The notes beneath the pieces are model-generated. The model ran no database searches. It saw nothing but the letters and a program-made list of their open reading frames with translations, and had not been told where the DNA came from. A stretch of DNA of 63,366 bases, filler included, from Octopus bimaculoides (taxonomy: Eukaryota), in NCBI RefSeq assembly GCF_001194135.2. It is 7 parts of 7 records of this genome, joined end to end, with 100 filler letters (N's around TTAATTAATTAA, not from the genome) between each part and the next. Parts side by side here need not be neighbours in the genome. Positions count along the whole stretch, not along the records: positions 13,324 to 23,335 come from NC_068998.1; positions 23,436 to 29,988 come from NC_068981.1; 5 more parts are not named here. One strand, written 5' to 3'. The position numbers and the translations under genes are program-made. Below are positions 13,224 through 25,754 of the stretch, in pieces (positions within the stretch are counted from its first letter, which is position 1; each line of letters begins with the position of its first letter).

Positions 13224-13323
13224 NNNNNNNNNNNNNNNNNNNNNNNNNNNNNNNNNNNNNNNNNNNNTTAATTAATTAANNNNNNNNNNNNNNNNNNNNN
13301 NNNNNNNNNNNNNNNNNNNNNNN

Positions 13324-13587
13324 CCAGTGAATATATAGTGCAGCTCTATCATGCCTGTTGAGATACTCTGTAGGCGCAAGCAGACTGCACATGGAGACAA
13401 CATGATCGATGGTCTCATTTTGTTGTTGGCATATACGACGTAATGGGGAGCTGCCGTTCTTTAATATGTTGGCCTGGTAGTTCTTTGTAGGTAGGCATTG
13501 ATCTTGGGCTGCTATGATAAACCCCTTTGTTTCTGATTTCAAGCCAGAGGTCATTAACCATTGGTGGGTAAGGGCTTTGTCAATATC

Positions 13588-13590
<3 letters not shown>
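13324..13590 (-). mobile_element. R4/Dong-like RLE LINE fragment, family II
   Basis: QWLMTSGLKSETKGFIIAAQDQCLPTKNYQ...ICQQQNETIDHVVSMC...EYLNRHD; 5' end joins (ATT)n; 3' part lost in a gap. Confidence 0.9.
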
Positions 13591-13663
<73 letters not shown>

Positions 13664-14444
13664 GTTATTATTATTATCATTATTATTATTATTATTATTA
13701 TTTTTAACAGCATTGTTATTATTCTCATCATCATCAACATTATCATTTTCAACATCATCATCATTTTCATCATCACTAGTTTGAAATTGAAGGAAAAGAG
13801 GAAAAATGAGGAGTGCAAAAAGGAGACGCAAAAGAATTAAAATCAATGCATCATAAGAAAGAGCAAGATAGAATACAAAGGGCCATGAAGCAGTGGAAGA
13901 TAGATAGAAAGGCAAAAATGAAAGTGAAGAATAATTTTTTCGACACTCACGGTGATAATTATGATTTGTTTTCAAAGAACATCTGTTGCAAAATGTGTTT
14001 CTATTGATTGAAATGACATGACAATCCGAGATACGTTCTGATGAAATGCATCATCATCTAGAACCCTGGAGATACTTGTAATTAATATTCTGCTACAGAC
14101 ATTTTCAATTTATTCCCTTTCTGACAAGTCTTCTTAGCTGTTACAAACCATCACCGAATTTTAATATTCCTTCAGGGAACAACAGTTCAAAATTATCGCA
14201 TTTAAATCTAAAAAAGAGTGATATGCGTTCTTGGAAATGTCGAAGAGTTTCATCAATAAACGAATCACGTGTTTGTCTGTGTTTATGGGTATCGTTGCTG
14301 ATCTCTACACGCTGGAATTCTCATGTGTAAATCTTCCACAGGCACGCATATATACTTGTATATATGTGTGTGTGTGTTTGTGTATGTTTGTGTGTAAATG
14401 TACGTACGCACATATGTGTGTATGTATTTCTGTCTTTTTCGTAT

Positions 14445-14530
14445 CAAAGTGACACTGGGGTAAAATATACAAAGCCGGATATTACCCATCATGACTACCC
14501 GTCTGATAAGGGTACACCAGGCACATGCAT
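14445..14530 (-). mobile_element. Fragment of the (TAA)n-tailed repeat seen at 7925
   Basis: GTGACACTGGGGTAAAATATAC..CCCATCATGACTACCCGTCTGATAAGGGTACACC. Confidence 0.8.
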
Positions 14531-15087
14531 CATTTATGTATGTATGTATGTGCGTATGTATGTATGTATATACGTATGTTTGTGCAACCTCTTGAAGGGT
14601 GAGTCTTTCATTTGGAGGATTCACAAGCATGTCAAAAGATTTCGTACTCTGAAACATATTCTCTCTGCTAACCAACACAGCTGTGCATTTTGTAATAGAA
14701 TGGCAAATCTTTGGCCGAAATCAATAGTCATACAATCACCTCACATTGCATCATAAATTAATCATTTCAGTGGTTCTTTCTAGCAATAGATTTGCTCGCA
14801 TACAAGAAAGTAGCTACTGTGTCTGTATGCATATATGTATTTATGTATGTGTGGGGGATTATGTATGTATGTATGTCATTATTCAGTTTATTTCAAGATT
14901 TCTTGCCAATAGAGAAAGAACCAGTTTCTAGCCTAGATCCAAGGTTCCTTCATTGGAATTTCAACATCAACAACAGGGTATTTTTTTTTGTTCATATGTA
15001 TATATGTATGTGTGTACGCATGATTGCATGCATGAATGTATGTGTGTATGTATGTATGTTTGTATGTATGTATGTATGTATGTATGT

Positions 15088-16130
15088 TCAGATTTGTATG
15101 TTTTATGCATCTATTCTCACGCAGAAATGCTCATAGATATCTGACTGATAAACTTCTGGAAAGTTTTACAGATTTTTTTTTACAGTTCCAGTGATGGATT
15201 GGATCTGTAGCCTTCGAATTAGATTTCTCCTTCTTGGTTTCTCAAGATTGGTATTTAGGCAGTGTGTTACATATCCCAGGGCCCCTATAATTATAGGTAT
15301 AAACCCGAACTTGTAGTATGGATAGAGTTATTGTGGATTTCTCAATAGTTCATTATAGGTGTTCTCTTTTTCACGGATCTTCAGCTATATGTTAACATCC
15401 GCTGGGCAGCTAATTTCTACAACTATGCACATTTTCTCTTCTGTATCCTAAATCATTATATCAGGTTTGTTGTGCTTGCATCTTATTGAGGTCTTCACTG
15501 GTACATTCCACCAGTATTCCTTTTCATTATGAGTGGCTATTGCTTCTACCATAGTGTGGGTTTTTATTTCTTTGTTCTCAGGATTATCCTTCCGACAGAT
15601 TTCATTATACAGTGTCTTAGCTATAACGTCATGTCTCATCGGTATATAATATTGTGAGAACATTTTCGGACAACTGCTTATGATGTGGATGGTATTTGAA
15701 CTTATCAAATGTGAACTTATCAAAGTCTACATCGGTTGTCAGATTTTATGGCTTTTCCTACATACATTTCTATCCCTGTTGTGCATCCAGTACTTGACTG
15801 ATATTTCCTGTTCTTGGATTGCAAATGCATACCCTTCAAAATGGGAGGTAATAATCCAGCCATTTGTCCATGATAAACTGCTTTGATGATCGACGTTACT
15901 ATCATCACGGAGATTTCTACTTAGATATCCATGCATAGTCTTCTGCTCATATAGGTTCATCTTTTCATCTGATGGTATGTTACCGTAGAGTTGTGCGACT
16001 TCTTTGGGCATATATTCTAGGTTATCAGATAAAGAGTGCCGTTCAGTATGCAAACTTGGTCAAGGGATGCACTTCGACGCTTAGTGGTTAAAAGATATTG
16101 CTGAAGGCATATGATGCGACATTCAAAGGC
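15088..16130 (-). mobile_element. 5'-truncated RLE LINE (R4-like, divergent family III) embedded in (TATG)n
   Basis: MHGYL...FEGYAFAIQEQEI; CRL..HIISSCP..RHDVIAK; KPDIMI.D....CIVVEISCP (PD-(D/E)xK-type RLE); PIIIGALG. Stops and frameshifts are present. Confidence 0.88.
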
Positions 16131-16144
16131 ATGTATGTAGTATG

Positions 16145-16178
<34 letters not shown>

Positions 16179-16279
16179 TGTATGTATATAAGTATGTATG
16201 TATGTGTGTATGTATGTATGTATGTATGTATGTATGAGGATATGTTTGTGTATGTACATCTGTTTTATGCAAAATGAAA

Positions 16280-18860
16280 CTTGAAAGCAAAAACCTCACC
16301 AGAAGTGACGACAATATATTTTGGTGGAGTGTTATATATAATAGTTTTAAATTGTTTGAATAGGAATTCCGAGTTTTCCAGTAGGCTCGGTCATGTTCCA
16401 CACTTTGGATGTCATCATGTTTTAACCATTGGTTTAGTGGTTGTTATGTAAATCTTCGCGTTTATCAGTTGTCTCTTCAGTGATTTGTGTTTATTTTGCA
16501 TTTTGATAGATTTGTGTTTTCAGAATGTTGTTCATTTTTGAATCCTTAATGAGCATAGCTAGACTTTGTACAATATTTTAGTATACCTCATTGTTCCTAG
16601 GGTTGTGAATTGATACAAACGTTGGTATTTTGAGATGAGGTGTGGTTACGTTTTGTTTCTCAAGCCTAATTTCGTGACACGCCTGATTTCACCATCTATA
16701 AATGAGGGCTGATGTTGTCCCTAAGTTAGTGTTGTTCTGAGGTCTTGAAGATGGAGGCTCCGAGTATTTCTATCAGATACTTTTGTGTAAATGTTTTTCG
16801 CTAACTTAAAGAAGGTATTTCTTGTGATGTGTTTCGGGTGGCATGAGCGAAACAAAAGATTTTACTTCGAGCCCGTTGGTTTATGATAAATGTCAGTTAC
16901 AATTTGGTTGTTGACTTTTTTATCATAATATCTAAGAAAGAGAGCTAGTGTTTTCTATATTCCATTGCAAATTAAATGTTAGTGTTTATATTATTTAGTA
17001 TTGATTTAAATTCCAAAAGTGTATCAATGGCCTCCTTCCAAATAATATAACAGCCATCCAGATATCTTTACCATATCGTTCTTATATAATAGTGAAATGA
17101 ATATCTATATGTTTGCAGTAAATTCCAAATATCCCATTAATAGGTCCGCAAGAACAGGAGCTGCTTTCGTACACATCGCAATTCCGATTTTTTTACGATA
17201 ACAGGCGACATCAAATAGGAAATAATCGTTCTGAAGTAAAAATTTTAAAGTTTCAATAATACAAAATGGTTGATGGCTTCCTGAGGTTCTTCGGGATACT
17301 TTTTTCCAGCCAGAATTTTATTGTTTTTATTCGATAGTCATATAGGATATTAGTGTAAAGATTAATAACATAGAAGGAAACCAACGTCTGTTCATTAGTT
17401 GCTTTTGGTAGGCGGTCAAGCATATCTAGATCGCCTCTAATAAAACTTTTGATGTATTTCAGGAAGATTTCAATATGCTTAGGCGATTGGTATCATGGGT
17501 CTTAGGTATAAATTTCTGGTGCTAGGATATTTATGTAGTTGCCTGGTGATTGTTTGCAGGCTTCATTAACTATCTTGTTCTTGTGTATTTTAAGGTAGGT
17601 CGTAAAATGGACTAGGTTTACATTTAAAGTTAGTGATATAATCTTTTTGTTTTTCTGTCAGGGCTTTTCCCTCCTAGATGAATTAAGGATGCAAGCTTTT
17701 TCATTGTTTTTTGTTGTTTATAATTTACAACTTTCTCGTAGAAGGTATCATTTTCTAGTATGGCTAATACTATGTTTCTGTAGTATTCTGTGTACATGAG
17801 GACTATAGCTCTTCCTTTGTCTGCTTCTTTGATTGTAAGTTCTTTGCCGTTTGCAGTTTAATTAGATTTGTCTATTCTAAATTGTTGAGGTTTCAATTAC
17901 GTTTTCGCTTATGGAAAAAAATTGGGAAATTTTGAGTATGATTGCAGAAGTCGCCTAGTGTTTTATTCCTACCGTCAGGTGGAAGATAATTACTTCTGTT
18001 TTTAGCCAGTGATTCATCCTCATTGTTGTAGTCAGTTGGTGTTTCTGTGAGTTGTAATTTTCTGCAAAATTCCGAAATATTGTCTTTAATTTCATTCTGG
18101 TTAGATCCACGTGGGCTTGGGTTAAATTTTAATCCTTTAATTAGTATACTATTTTTTGTTGCAGAGAGACTTTTCTTTGATGAATTTATTACTTTGGGTT
18201 TCTGCTTTATGTTTTGTTCCATCTTGTGTTTCTGTTTCTCTCCCCTCGGTCTAAAATATGTTGAGGTTTGAATTAATTTGGTTGCTAGAAATTATCAGTG
18301 TTATTGATTATATTAAGTTTGCTGAGATTTATATGATTTGCTTATGTTATATTTGATTATATTTAGATTTTCTGTTTGGGTAAATAGGTTGGAATTCCGT
18401 ATTTCGAGTTTCGTCGATGAGGGATAGAAGAAATCCCTTGGACGTTTGCAATTGCTGATGAGAAATATTTACTCCTAACCATAGGTTGGTTTCTTCTAGC
18501 ATTTCTTATTTGTGAGTTGTCTCTCTTCCTAGATTGAGAACCGTTTATTTCCAAGTGAGAAGTTAGTTTTGTGTTTTCGCTCGTTGAGATGATAGTATGA
18601 TCTAGTCGGATGTTTATTTATTTCTGTATACGTATTTGTTCTATATTACTGCAGGAAGGGGTTATCTGAACTGTAGTCTCTTTTAAACTGAAATTCGTAA
18701 CAAAGGAAGAAATTACCACTGTTTTCCCACCATTGAAGAGAATTTATTTCTTCCGACTCACCGCTGTCTTTCTATAGTTTGATATCACTTCCCAAAAGTT
18801 GCTCATTAGCATGTTTAGTAAGTTCGGTGAGCATTTCTTCATCTCGTTATTCGAGAGTCT
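16280..18860 (-). mobile_element. Penelope-like element remnant (N-terminus plus RT; GIY-YIG lost)
   Basis: KGLKFNP...FCRKLQL; TIKEADKGRAIVLM; LVSFYVINLYTNI; IAMCTKAAPVLA.L.MGYLE; RYLDGCYIIW; FLDIMI; YHKPTDS; CHPKH. Many stops. Confidence 0.9.
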
Positions 18861-19061
18861 CATTTAAGTAACACAAAATCTATTTTTGTTTTTGCAACCA
18901 CGAATTTCTCCCTATGTAGTTTTTGTTCATCGGGATCTTTCCAGACTGGTTTGATTTATAGTTATAGTTTGGAAGACTTAATGGTGTACAGTTAACCCAT
19001 TTTCTACACACACACATACACACACACAAACACACACACACACACAAACACACGCGCACGC

Positions 19062-19092
<31 letters not shown>

Positions 19093-21659
19093 TATATATA
19101 TACCTATGTATATGTATTTACCTACATACGCATATTAACTTATAGAAGTCATTCAAATTTCACTTGTATGTAGGTAGAGAAATCTTTCCTTTGAAGCGTT
19201 CTATGCTGAAGCAACCTGCTGCGATTAATTTTCTGACGAAGTAGGCGTGTAGGCGTGTAGACTGTTCGACAACTGCACATGGTTACAGATTATTTAAAGA
19301 ATCTCACCACTGGAAAGAGCTCTGAGCTTGGATGAATACAGAAATTTAAAGCAGGGGAACCCAAAATTCAAGAAGAAACATGCATTGAGGGATCAAAACA
19401 TTCGCCAACAGACACAAATCGCCCGAAAGTTGACAATTTCATTAATGCACAAAACCGAATCGAAATTTGCGAGTTTGCTGCTCAATTGGATTACAGTTCT
19501 AATGCAGACATCTTTCAGTACTTCTCAATCTTTTCTTTCAATTAGTTTCTAGCGAATAAGATAAATTTATGTAAGACTCGAGTTTCCTTTTTGTAAATGT
19601 ATAAGTTCAGTGACCTAAGAACAGGTATACTTCCTGCCATCAATGTCCATTCCCTATTTTGTTATGTTCGGTTTTAAAATAGCATCCTTATGAATCTTCC
19701 AGCTTTTCCTTCGTTTACGTGCTGCACTTTTACATAAAACATGTATCCCAAAAATGTAGGAAAAGAATATGTACTATTGTTTCTTAGCAGTTATTACCTG
19801 TGTAATAGTGTATACTGCACTGAAAATCTGACTGGACTCTGGAGTGAGGCTATACATATTGCCCATCTTCTATTTTAAGTTAGTGTTTAGTAACATCCCT
19901 ATTTCTATTGTAGCTTTTCCTTATGATTTCTAGTTGTTTATTTTAATCTAGGTATAGCAGATAATATGAGTACAGCAGTCAAGAGTTTTATCTAAATGCT
20001 GCTATACATGCATTTATGTAGGCTTATATATAGTTATGCTATATTTGTATGAATATATTTCTGAACGTATATGTATTGATTATATTTCAGTGCTAAATAA
20101 AGGCAACGAATTCAAGACTAGATTAAGTTAAAACTGATTTGTCAATTTGGAGAATCTAAAGGATCTTTAGCTGATCTGATAAAAATTCTCACGTAAACTT
20201 TTGCGATGGTCATAACGGGAAGAAACCCAAGTGTGGAAATCTTACCCTTAAATGACACACTTTTAACCACAGCCGAGTGAAATTTCCTCATGAAGAGCTA
20301 TTTCATTATCATTATCGAAACTCTAACGACAAAATCGTAATATAATCTGTTATACTTGACCTACATCTAGCTAACGACTTGGATTCTAGAAAATCAACCA
20401 AATTATGTGGCCTTTAGGGAGTCTTCAACTGTGAACAAAATGCAGAATAGAATTGAAGGTACCGAAAGAGTGAAATAATATGTAATTTTGTTGCTCAAAC
20501 ACCCAAGATATATTATTGGACAAATACATTCTGGAGTCTTTTATAAAATTTTGAGCACAACATGTCTCTACATTATACAAGATCGTTAAAGAAAAATCAT
20601 TCAAGTATATATAAAATCATTGAAGATTATTTTCTTATATCTGAATGCATTTTGAAAAGTACACGATAATATGATGGCACTACAAAAACAAGAAACTTAA
20701 AAGTAAAATAATTCTTTATTGATCAATTTCCCTGAATTAAAGTGGAAGGAGTATGAGAGATCTGACAATGGGAATGAAAAAGAAACGAGTGAGAAAATAG
20801 AACATTGCTGACGGCTGTGGTATAGATATAAAAATCAACAGTAATGTAGTCTCGTGAATAATATAAAATCAACGGAAAATCTGATCATCAAATATTTTAC
20901 AATATCTATTTAAGCAGTCTAGAAGGAGACGTACTGAATTGAATTAAGAATTGATTAACGAAAGATTATGTTTTATTGTTGTTCTGCAGACCTCCCGGAG
21001 ATTTCTATTCAGAGAAAAAAAATATAATATTGCATATCAAACTAAATATATAAATAACAATACAAAAGATGGCAAGTAAAATCAGACTATGACCGTTGTT
21101 ATAGTTTGCAAATATAGGGGGAGGGACGAAAAAAGTTGATATTTGCAATATGCATGAATACAATGGACCAAAGAATTAAATAAAGCTGCATTCAATGAAG
21201 TTTAGTGATAACATTCAATTTTCTGTTGAGAAATGGTAGAAATACATACAAGATAACTGAAATATTTTTTTTAAATGTGATGCTGACAGTAAGATACCTT
21301 ATCATTGTATATGCATATACACATGCACACAAAAATTGTATAACTCACAACTATCAAAAAAGTGAAAAGCAACGTATATTCTTAATTTTTTAGGCAAGCG
21401 ACTCATATTATTTATTGATAATCTTCAGTATAATTCCATCGCCTATTTTGGGTACGAAGTCTTAATTTACAGGTTTCGTATCTGTTTCCTGTTTATAGGT
21501 ATACAGAAACACACAAGCATATATATACATATCCATGGATCTTATATATATATGGAATCACATTCATGCTCCGATGAACATATATATATATAATAAGATG
21601 CAATTCGATGAATATACCAAATCTACTGAAATATATATGAGTACATTTCTTTTCAGACT

Positions 21660-22800
21660 TAGAGACTTAAATACCCGGCGTTGTCCGCGTTAAAGAGAAT
21701 AATGGAGTTTAAAAACGCCGTCTAGATTTCGCAGTCTTCAACTGCTCCTAGCTGAGATACCAACTTTCTACATTAGTAACTCTCTAACCCATGCCAGCAT
21801 GAATCATAGACGTTAAGTGAAACGTTAAAAAATGTTTCAGCTCATATTTGTACAAAAAGTAAATACATGTAATTCAAAAACAGGTTTTGTGTATCTTATT
21901 TCTTAATCAAAAGAAAAACAGGTACAGATTATAAATAATGACAGGCCAATTTTGAAGATTAATTCGAGAGAGGTAGTAGAGAGCCAGTTCGATGATAAAA
22001 TCTGACCTTGGATCTTGAAAGTTTGCATGAATCCTGGCTTAGTTAAATCTTTTGTGGCTTCAAATGATGTCATATGGATTGCAGTGTTGTGTTGTCTAAT
22101 TTTGTTTTGGAAGTGCTTGGAATCTTACTCAGTTGATGACAACAGTTTCTTCAATGATTCTGGAGGTTGGAGATTAGAAGGGATTTTAATCTTTCCACCA
22201 CTGCAGCAGAGTGCAGGTGTCTTTCCAGGCCACTTCATTGCTTTACAGTATATGCACTCAGTTCTCATTGTACCAATGGAAACTCTAGTGTCGTCTGTAT
22301 AATGAACTGCTGGATCACATTTGAAAGTTGCTACATATAAGTTGCTTCTCTGAGCTTTTGCAACTGCTCTTCGTTCAGGACAGGGAATCTTATTCCTTCT
22401 CAGCCGTGCATGCCTCTGTTCATCTCTTTCAGAAGCTCTGGTTTTTGCAGTGCACAATTTGTTTGTTCGTTTTTCGGTATGCTTCTCTTTCTGCAGCTAT
22501 CCTTCTTTCCCTAAACAGAGACATTCTTTTGGCTGAAAACTTCAAGTGAAAACAATAGGGATTGAACTTAAAGTGAAAACAATAGCGTTTTAAAAAGGAA
22601 AGCGAAAACAATAGAGAGAGAGTGAGATATAGAGAGGGGGAGAGAGGGAGATAGCTAGTTACACAAATACGATAGATAAGATATAGACAGATGGATATAG
22701 AGAGATAGATATAGACATAGGGATAGACAGAGAGACACAGGGAGATAGAAATTGATAGAGAGAGAAGAATAGAGTGATACAGATAGAGATATATAGACGC
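21660..22800 (-). mobile_element. Internally deleted Helitron (N-terminal Rep/Hel Zn-finger region plus 3' terminus)
   Basis: IGTMRTECIYCKAMKWPGKTPALCCSGGKI..PPESLKKLL; SKHFQNKIRQHNTAIHMTSF..GFMQTFKIQGQ; minus-strand end CGCGGACAACGCCGGGTATTT is a Helitron-type 3' hairpin. Confidence 0.85.
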
Positions 22801-23133
22801 CCCTGACGCAAGAAAATCGGAAGTAAATATTTAATTCAAGCCTTTAAAGAGGTGAATCTAATATAAAAAGCAATATTTTTTATAACCAATGAATTCTGGG
22901 AGACAGCCAATTTCTGAAAACTACTTCACGAAGTATTATTTCTCTTTTCCACGCAACACAGGAATTGGTGCTTTCTTACACCATGTGATCTATTACTCAT
23001 TATGTGAAAATTTATAAGAATCTAAAATCATACCTGGAACATAAGTATTGTATGTTCCCAGTTTGGAGAAAATCAGTTCAAGAATACGAGCATTATAATA
23101 TTTTACACACAGAGACAGAACGGAATTTATATG

Positions 23134-23169
<36 letters not shown>

Positions 23170-23204
23170 TAGTATATTGCCACTTAAGTGTGGATGACCC
23201 CTAG

Positions 23205-23335
23205 GGGTGGATGTTACTGTTGCTTTTAGCCCCAGGAGGACATCTCCAGCTGGCTTATCGACACACGACTGTTTGCCAAGGGATATCTTCCCTTGGCAAA
23301 CAGGACACAGTCGTGTGTTGATAAGCCAGCTAGAG
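23205..23335. mobile_element. Hairpin element related to the 11039 MITE
   Basis: GATGTTACTG...CCCCAGGA..ACATCT..CCAGCTGG is shared with 11075-11125; 23244-23335 folds into a long stem. Confidence 0.8.
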
Positions 23336-23799
23336 NNNNNNNNNNNNNNNNNNNNNNNNNNNNNNNNNNNNNNNNNNNNTTAATTAATTAANNNNNNNNN
23401 NNNNNNNNNNNNNNNNNNNNNNNNNNNNNNNNNNNCTTATATAAATAACTGAAAGAAAATTATTTAACGATGTCATACTTATGTTACCAATAAATAAAAG
23501 AAAAATGTTTAATAATATTATTAAAAATAAATGTAATACCTATCGTATCGAAGTTTTAGGTTAAACTAAAATTATAAACGTGACGTTGTTAACTTTACGT
23601 TTATTAGAATATAAACTAACAGAAATATTAAATGAATTTATATAAAAATATTTATTTCACCAGGAAATAAAAGAAAAACATTTAATATTATTGAACATAA
23701 ATGAAAAGCTTATCGTAACGAATCTTTCTTTTAAAATACAATTTAAACGTTATACTTTAACGTATGTATAAATAATGCAAAGTACTGTGGGGAAAGTAT

Positions 23800-24620
23800 G
23801 TATGAATAATGCAAGTTAGGCTAGTGGTTTTATGCTTAAAAGGTATAAATAGGTAGAAGAAAAAATAACGAATGAAGTAGTGAAGGTGTATGTAAGCGTA
23901 TATATTTGTACTTTTCCGGGTGGAGGAGGTAGGAGGGCGAGGGAGTTGAAATATAAGGAGAGAAGAATATGTTAGGTAGTAAGTAAAAATAAATACGGAT
24001 ATAAATTTGTAAGTGACGATTAAGGACTTAAAAGGGGGCGGGGAATAGTGTTGGTTTAATACACAGTGGTATTGAGGTTTGATGAGTGGGTAAAAGAATA
24101 TATGAGAGTTATGGGAAGATAAGAGCAGGGTGGGGTTGTAATTATTTTGTATTTGAGATTAGATCTAATGGCCGATGTTTGCAGGTGAATATTATACTGC
24201 TGCGTTCATTGAGACAATCCGAGTATTGCAAAATAGCCATGAGCTCGGCTATGCAGAGATCACACCTATTGTTATATCTACTGTAAGGTCTTGCGTGGGT
24301 AATTATGAACTATTTGAGAGGGTAAGGAGTTGAGTCAAGTGTTAGTTATTGATAAGGTGAGATAACGATGTACTGTTAGATTCTATATGGGATTTCAAAT
24401 TAGAGTAGTGATTGCTCACTCTAGCTTTGAAGTTGGTGCTACATCAGCCGATGTAAATGTAATTTCAGTTGTTGTTTTATACGACTAATATGATGAATAC
24501 TAGAACTGTGTCCTACAACATGCCGAATATAACATTCAGCTGAATGCGTACCCATGTGCGACATACCCCTCTCAACTAAACCCGGAGGAAAAATAGTTTC
24601 CATCCCCCATATGATAGGCC
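23800..24620 (-). mobile_element. Penelope-like element 3' end (GIY-YIG endonuclease plus 3' UTR)
   Basis: IYIG*CSTNFKARVSNHYSNLK and ARPYSRYNNRCDLCIAEL.AIL...LNERSSIIFTCKHR match the PLE GIY-YIG C-terminus. Confidence 0.82.
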
Positions 24621-25583
24621 TAAACCGCCCATTCCACCTCCCAGTACCCACCAAAACATTGGAGTAGAAATCGACCTAACTAACGACCCATTACCCGACA
24701 ACCCCTAAACCTATATACACCGCAACTCATCAAAGCAGACACTAACACACACGTTCACAACCCTATGCCCACCCAGGTAACCCCGCTAATCGGATTAAAC
24801 GAACGAGGACACAAGACGTCATATGATTCCCCTCGTCTTTGCCATTAACTTCCAAACTCGAGTACCTTAACTCATCTTCACCCCACTCGTAAAACTTTTC
24901 CCTAAATATTTAACCCTAAATTAATAAAGTTATTCTCGTTCACCACCACAGCTGCCACCAACAGTGCCACAGATATCCGTTATCTTAGCAACAAGGAAGT
25001 CCGAAATCCACTAACGGCTAGCCCCCACCCTAATAAATTAATTCAACATAAGCCCAATCTCCACACATATAAACTCAATACACCAATGCCCCGCCCCCAT
25101 TCGACACAATAAACACACACCCTTAACCAAGAGGTAGAGTTAAAATTCATTCAATAAATGATTTTAAGCCACTCCCTTGGCAGGAACTCACAAGGATTTC
25201 TTTTAGACAATATCCAACTACAAACCTTCTCTTCCTCTCTAACACGTTGAACTCTATATCAAATATTTAAAGACATCAGCGTAAAAAAAAAACTCCCGAC
25301 ATGTTCGTGACAATAGATAAACTATTTTACTTCAATGTTTTTATAATTTTTACTGATATTTGATAAAATATGATTTATCATCTAAACCGAGTATATTTTT
25401 TTATAGAATATTTAAATAAGTTTTTTATTAAATTCCTTCTTCAATTGAAATGTTTTAGATTTACTTCCACTTCCATCTTTTCTATATACACATATACATA
25501 CATATATACATACATAGATACACGCACACATACACATACACACGCACACAGACAGACAAACAGACAGCCAGACATAAACACAT

Positions 25584-25614
<31 letters not shown>

Positions 25615-25754
25615 TTACACAGTATTACGATCAGGCAAATTCTTATCAATAAAATGGGTGAACTTCTGAATGCAACAACCGAAATTGTACAATCAGTGAA
25701 TAAATATTCAAAGATGAAATTATGTAACAAAAGCTGTAATACCCTAAGAATTTC

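Noticed and set aside
13268-13279. TTAATTAATTAA islands inside N-runs (also about 23380, 30033, 50826, 58986, 61428), regularly flanked by about 44 N
   Set aside because: An identical 12-mer centred in roughly 100-bp gaps, with stops in all frames, is a scaffolding spacer and not biology.
13780-14007. Lys/Glu-rich ORF 13813-14007
   Set aside because: A purine-rich low-complexity tract next to microsatellites; no family could be supported.
14035-14075. CTGATGA hits at about 2655, 14038, 18455 and 32020 as hammerheads
   Set aside because: No properly spaced GAAA..UH or pairing stems.
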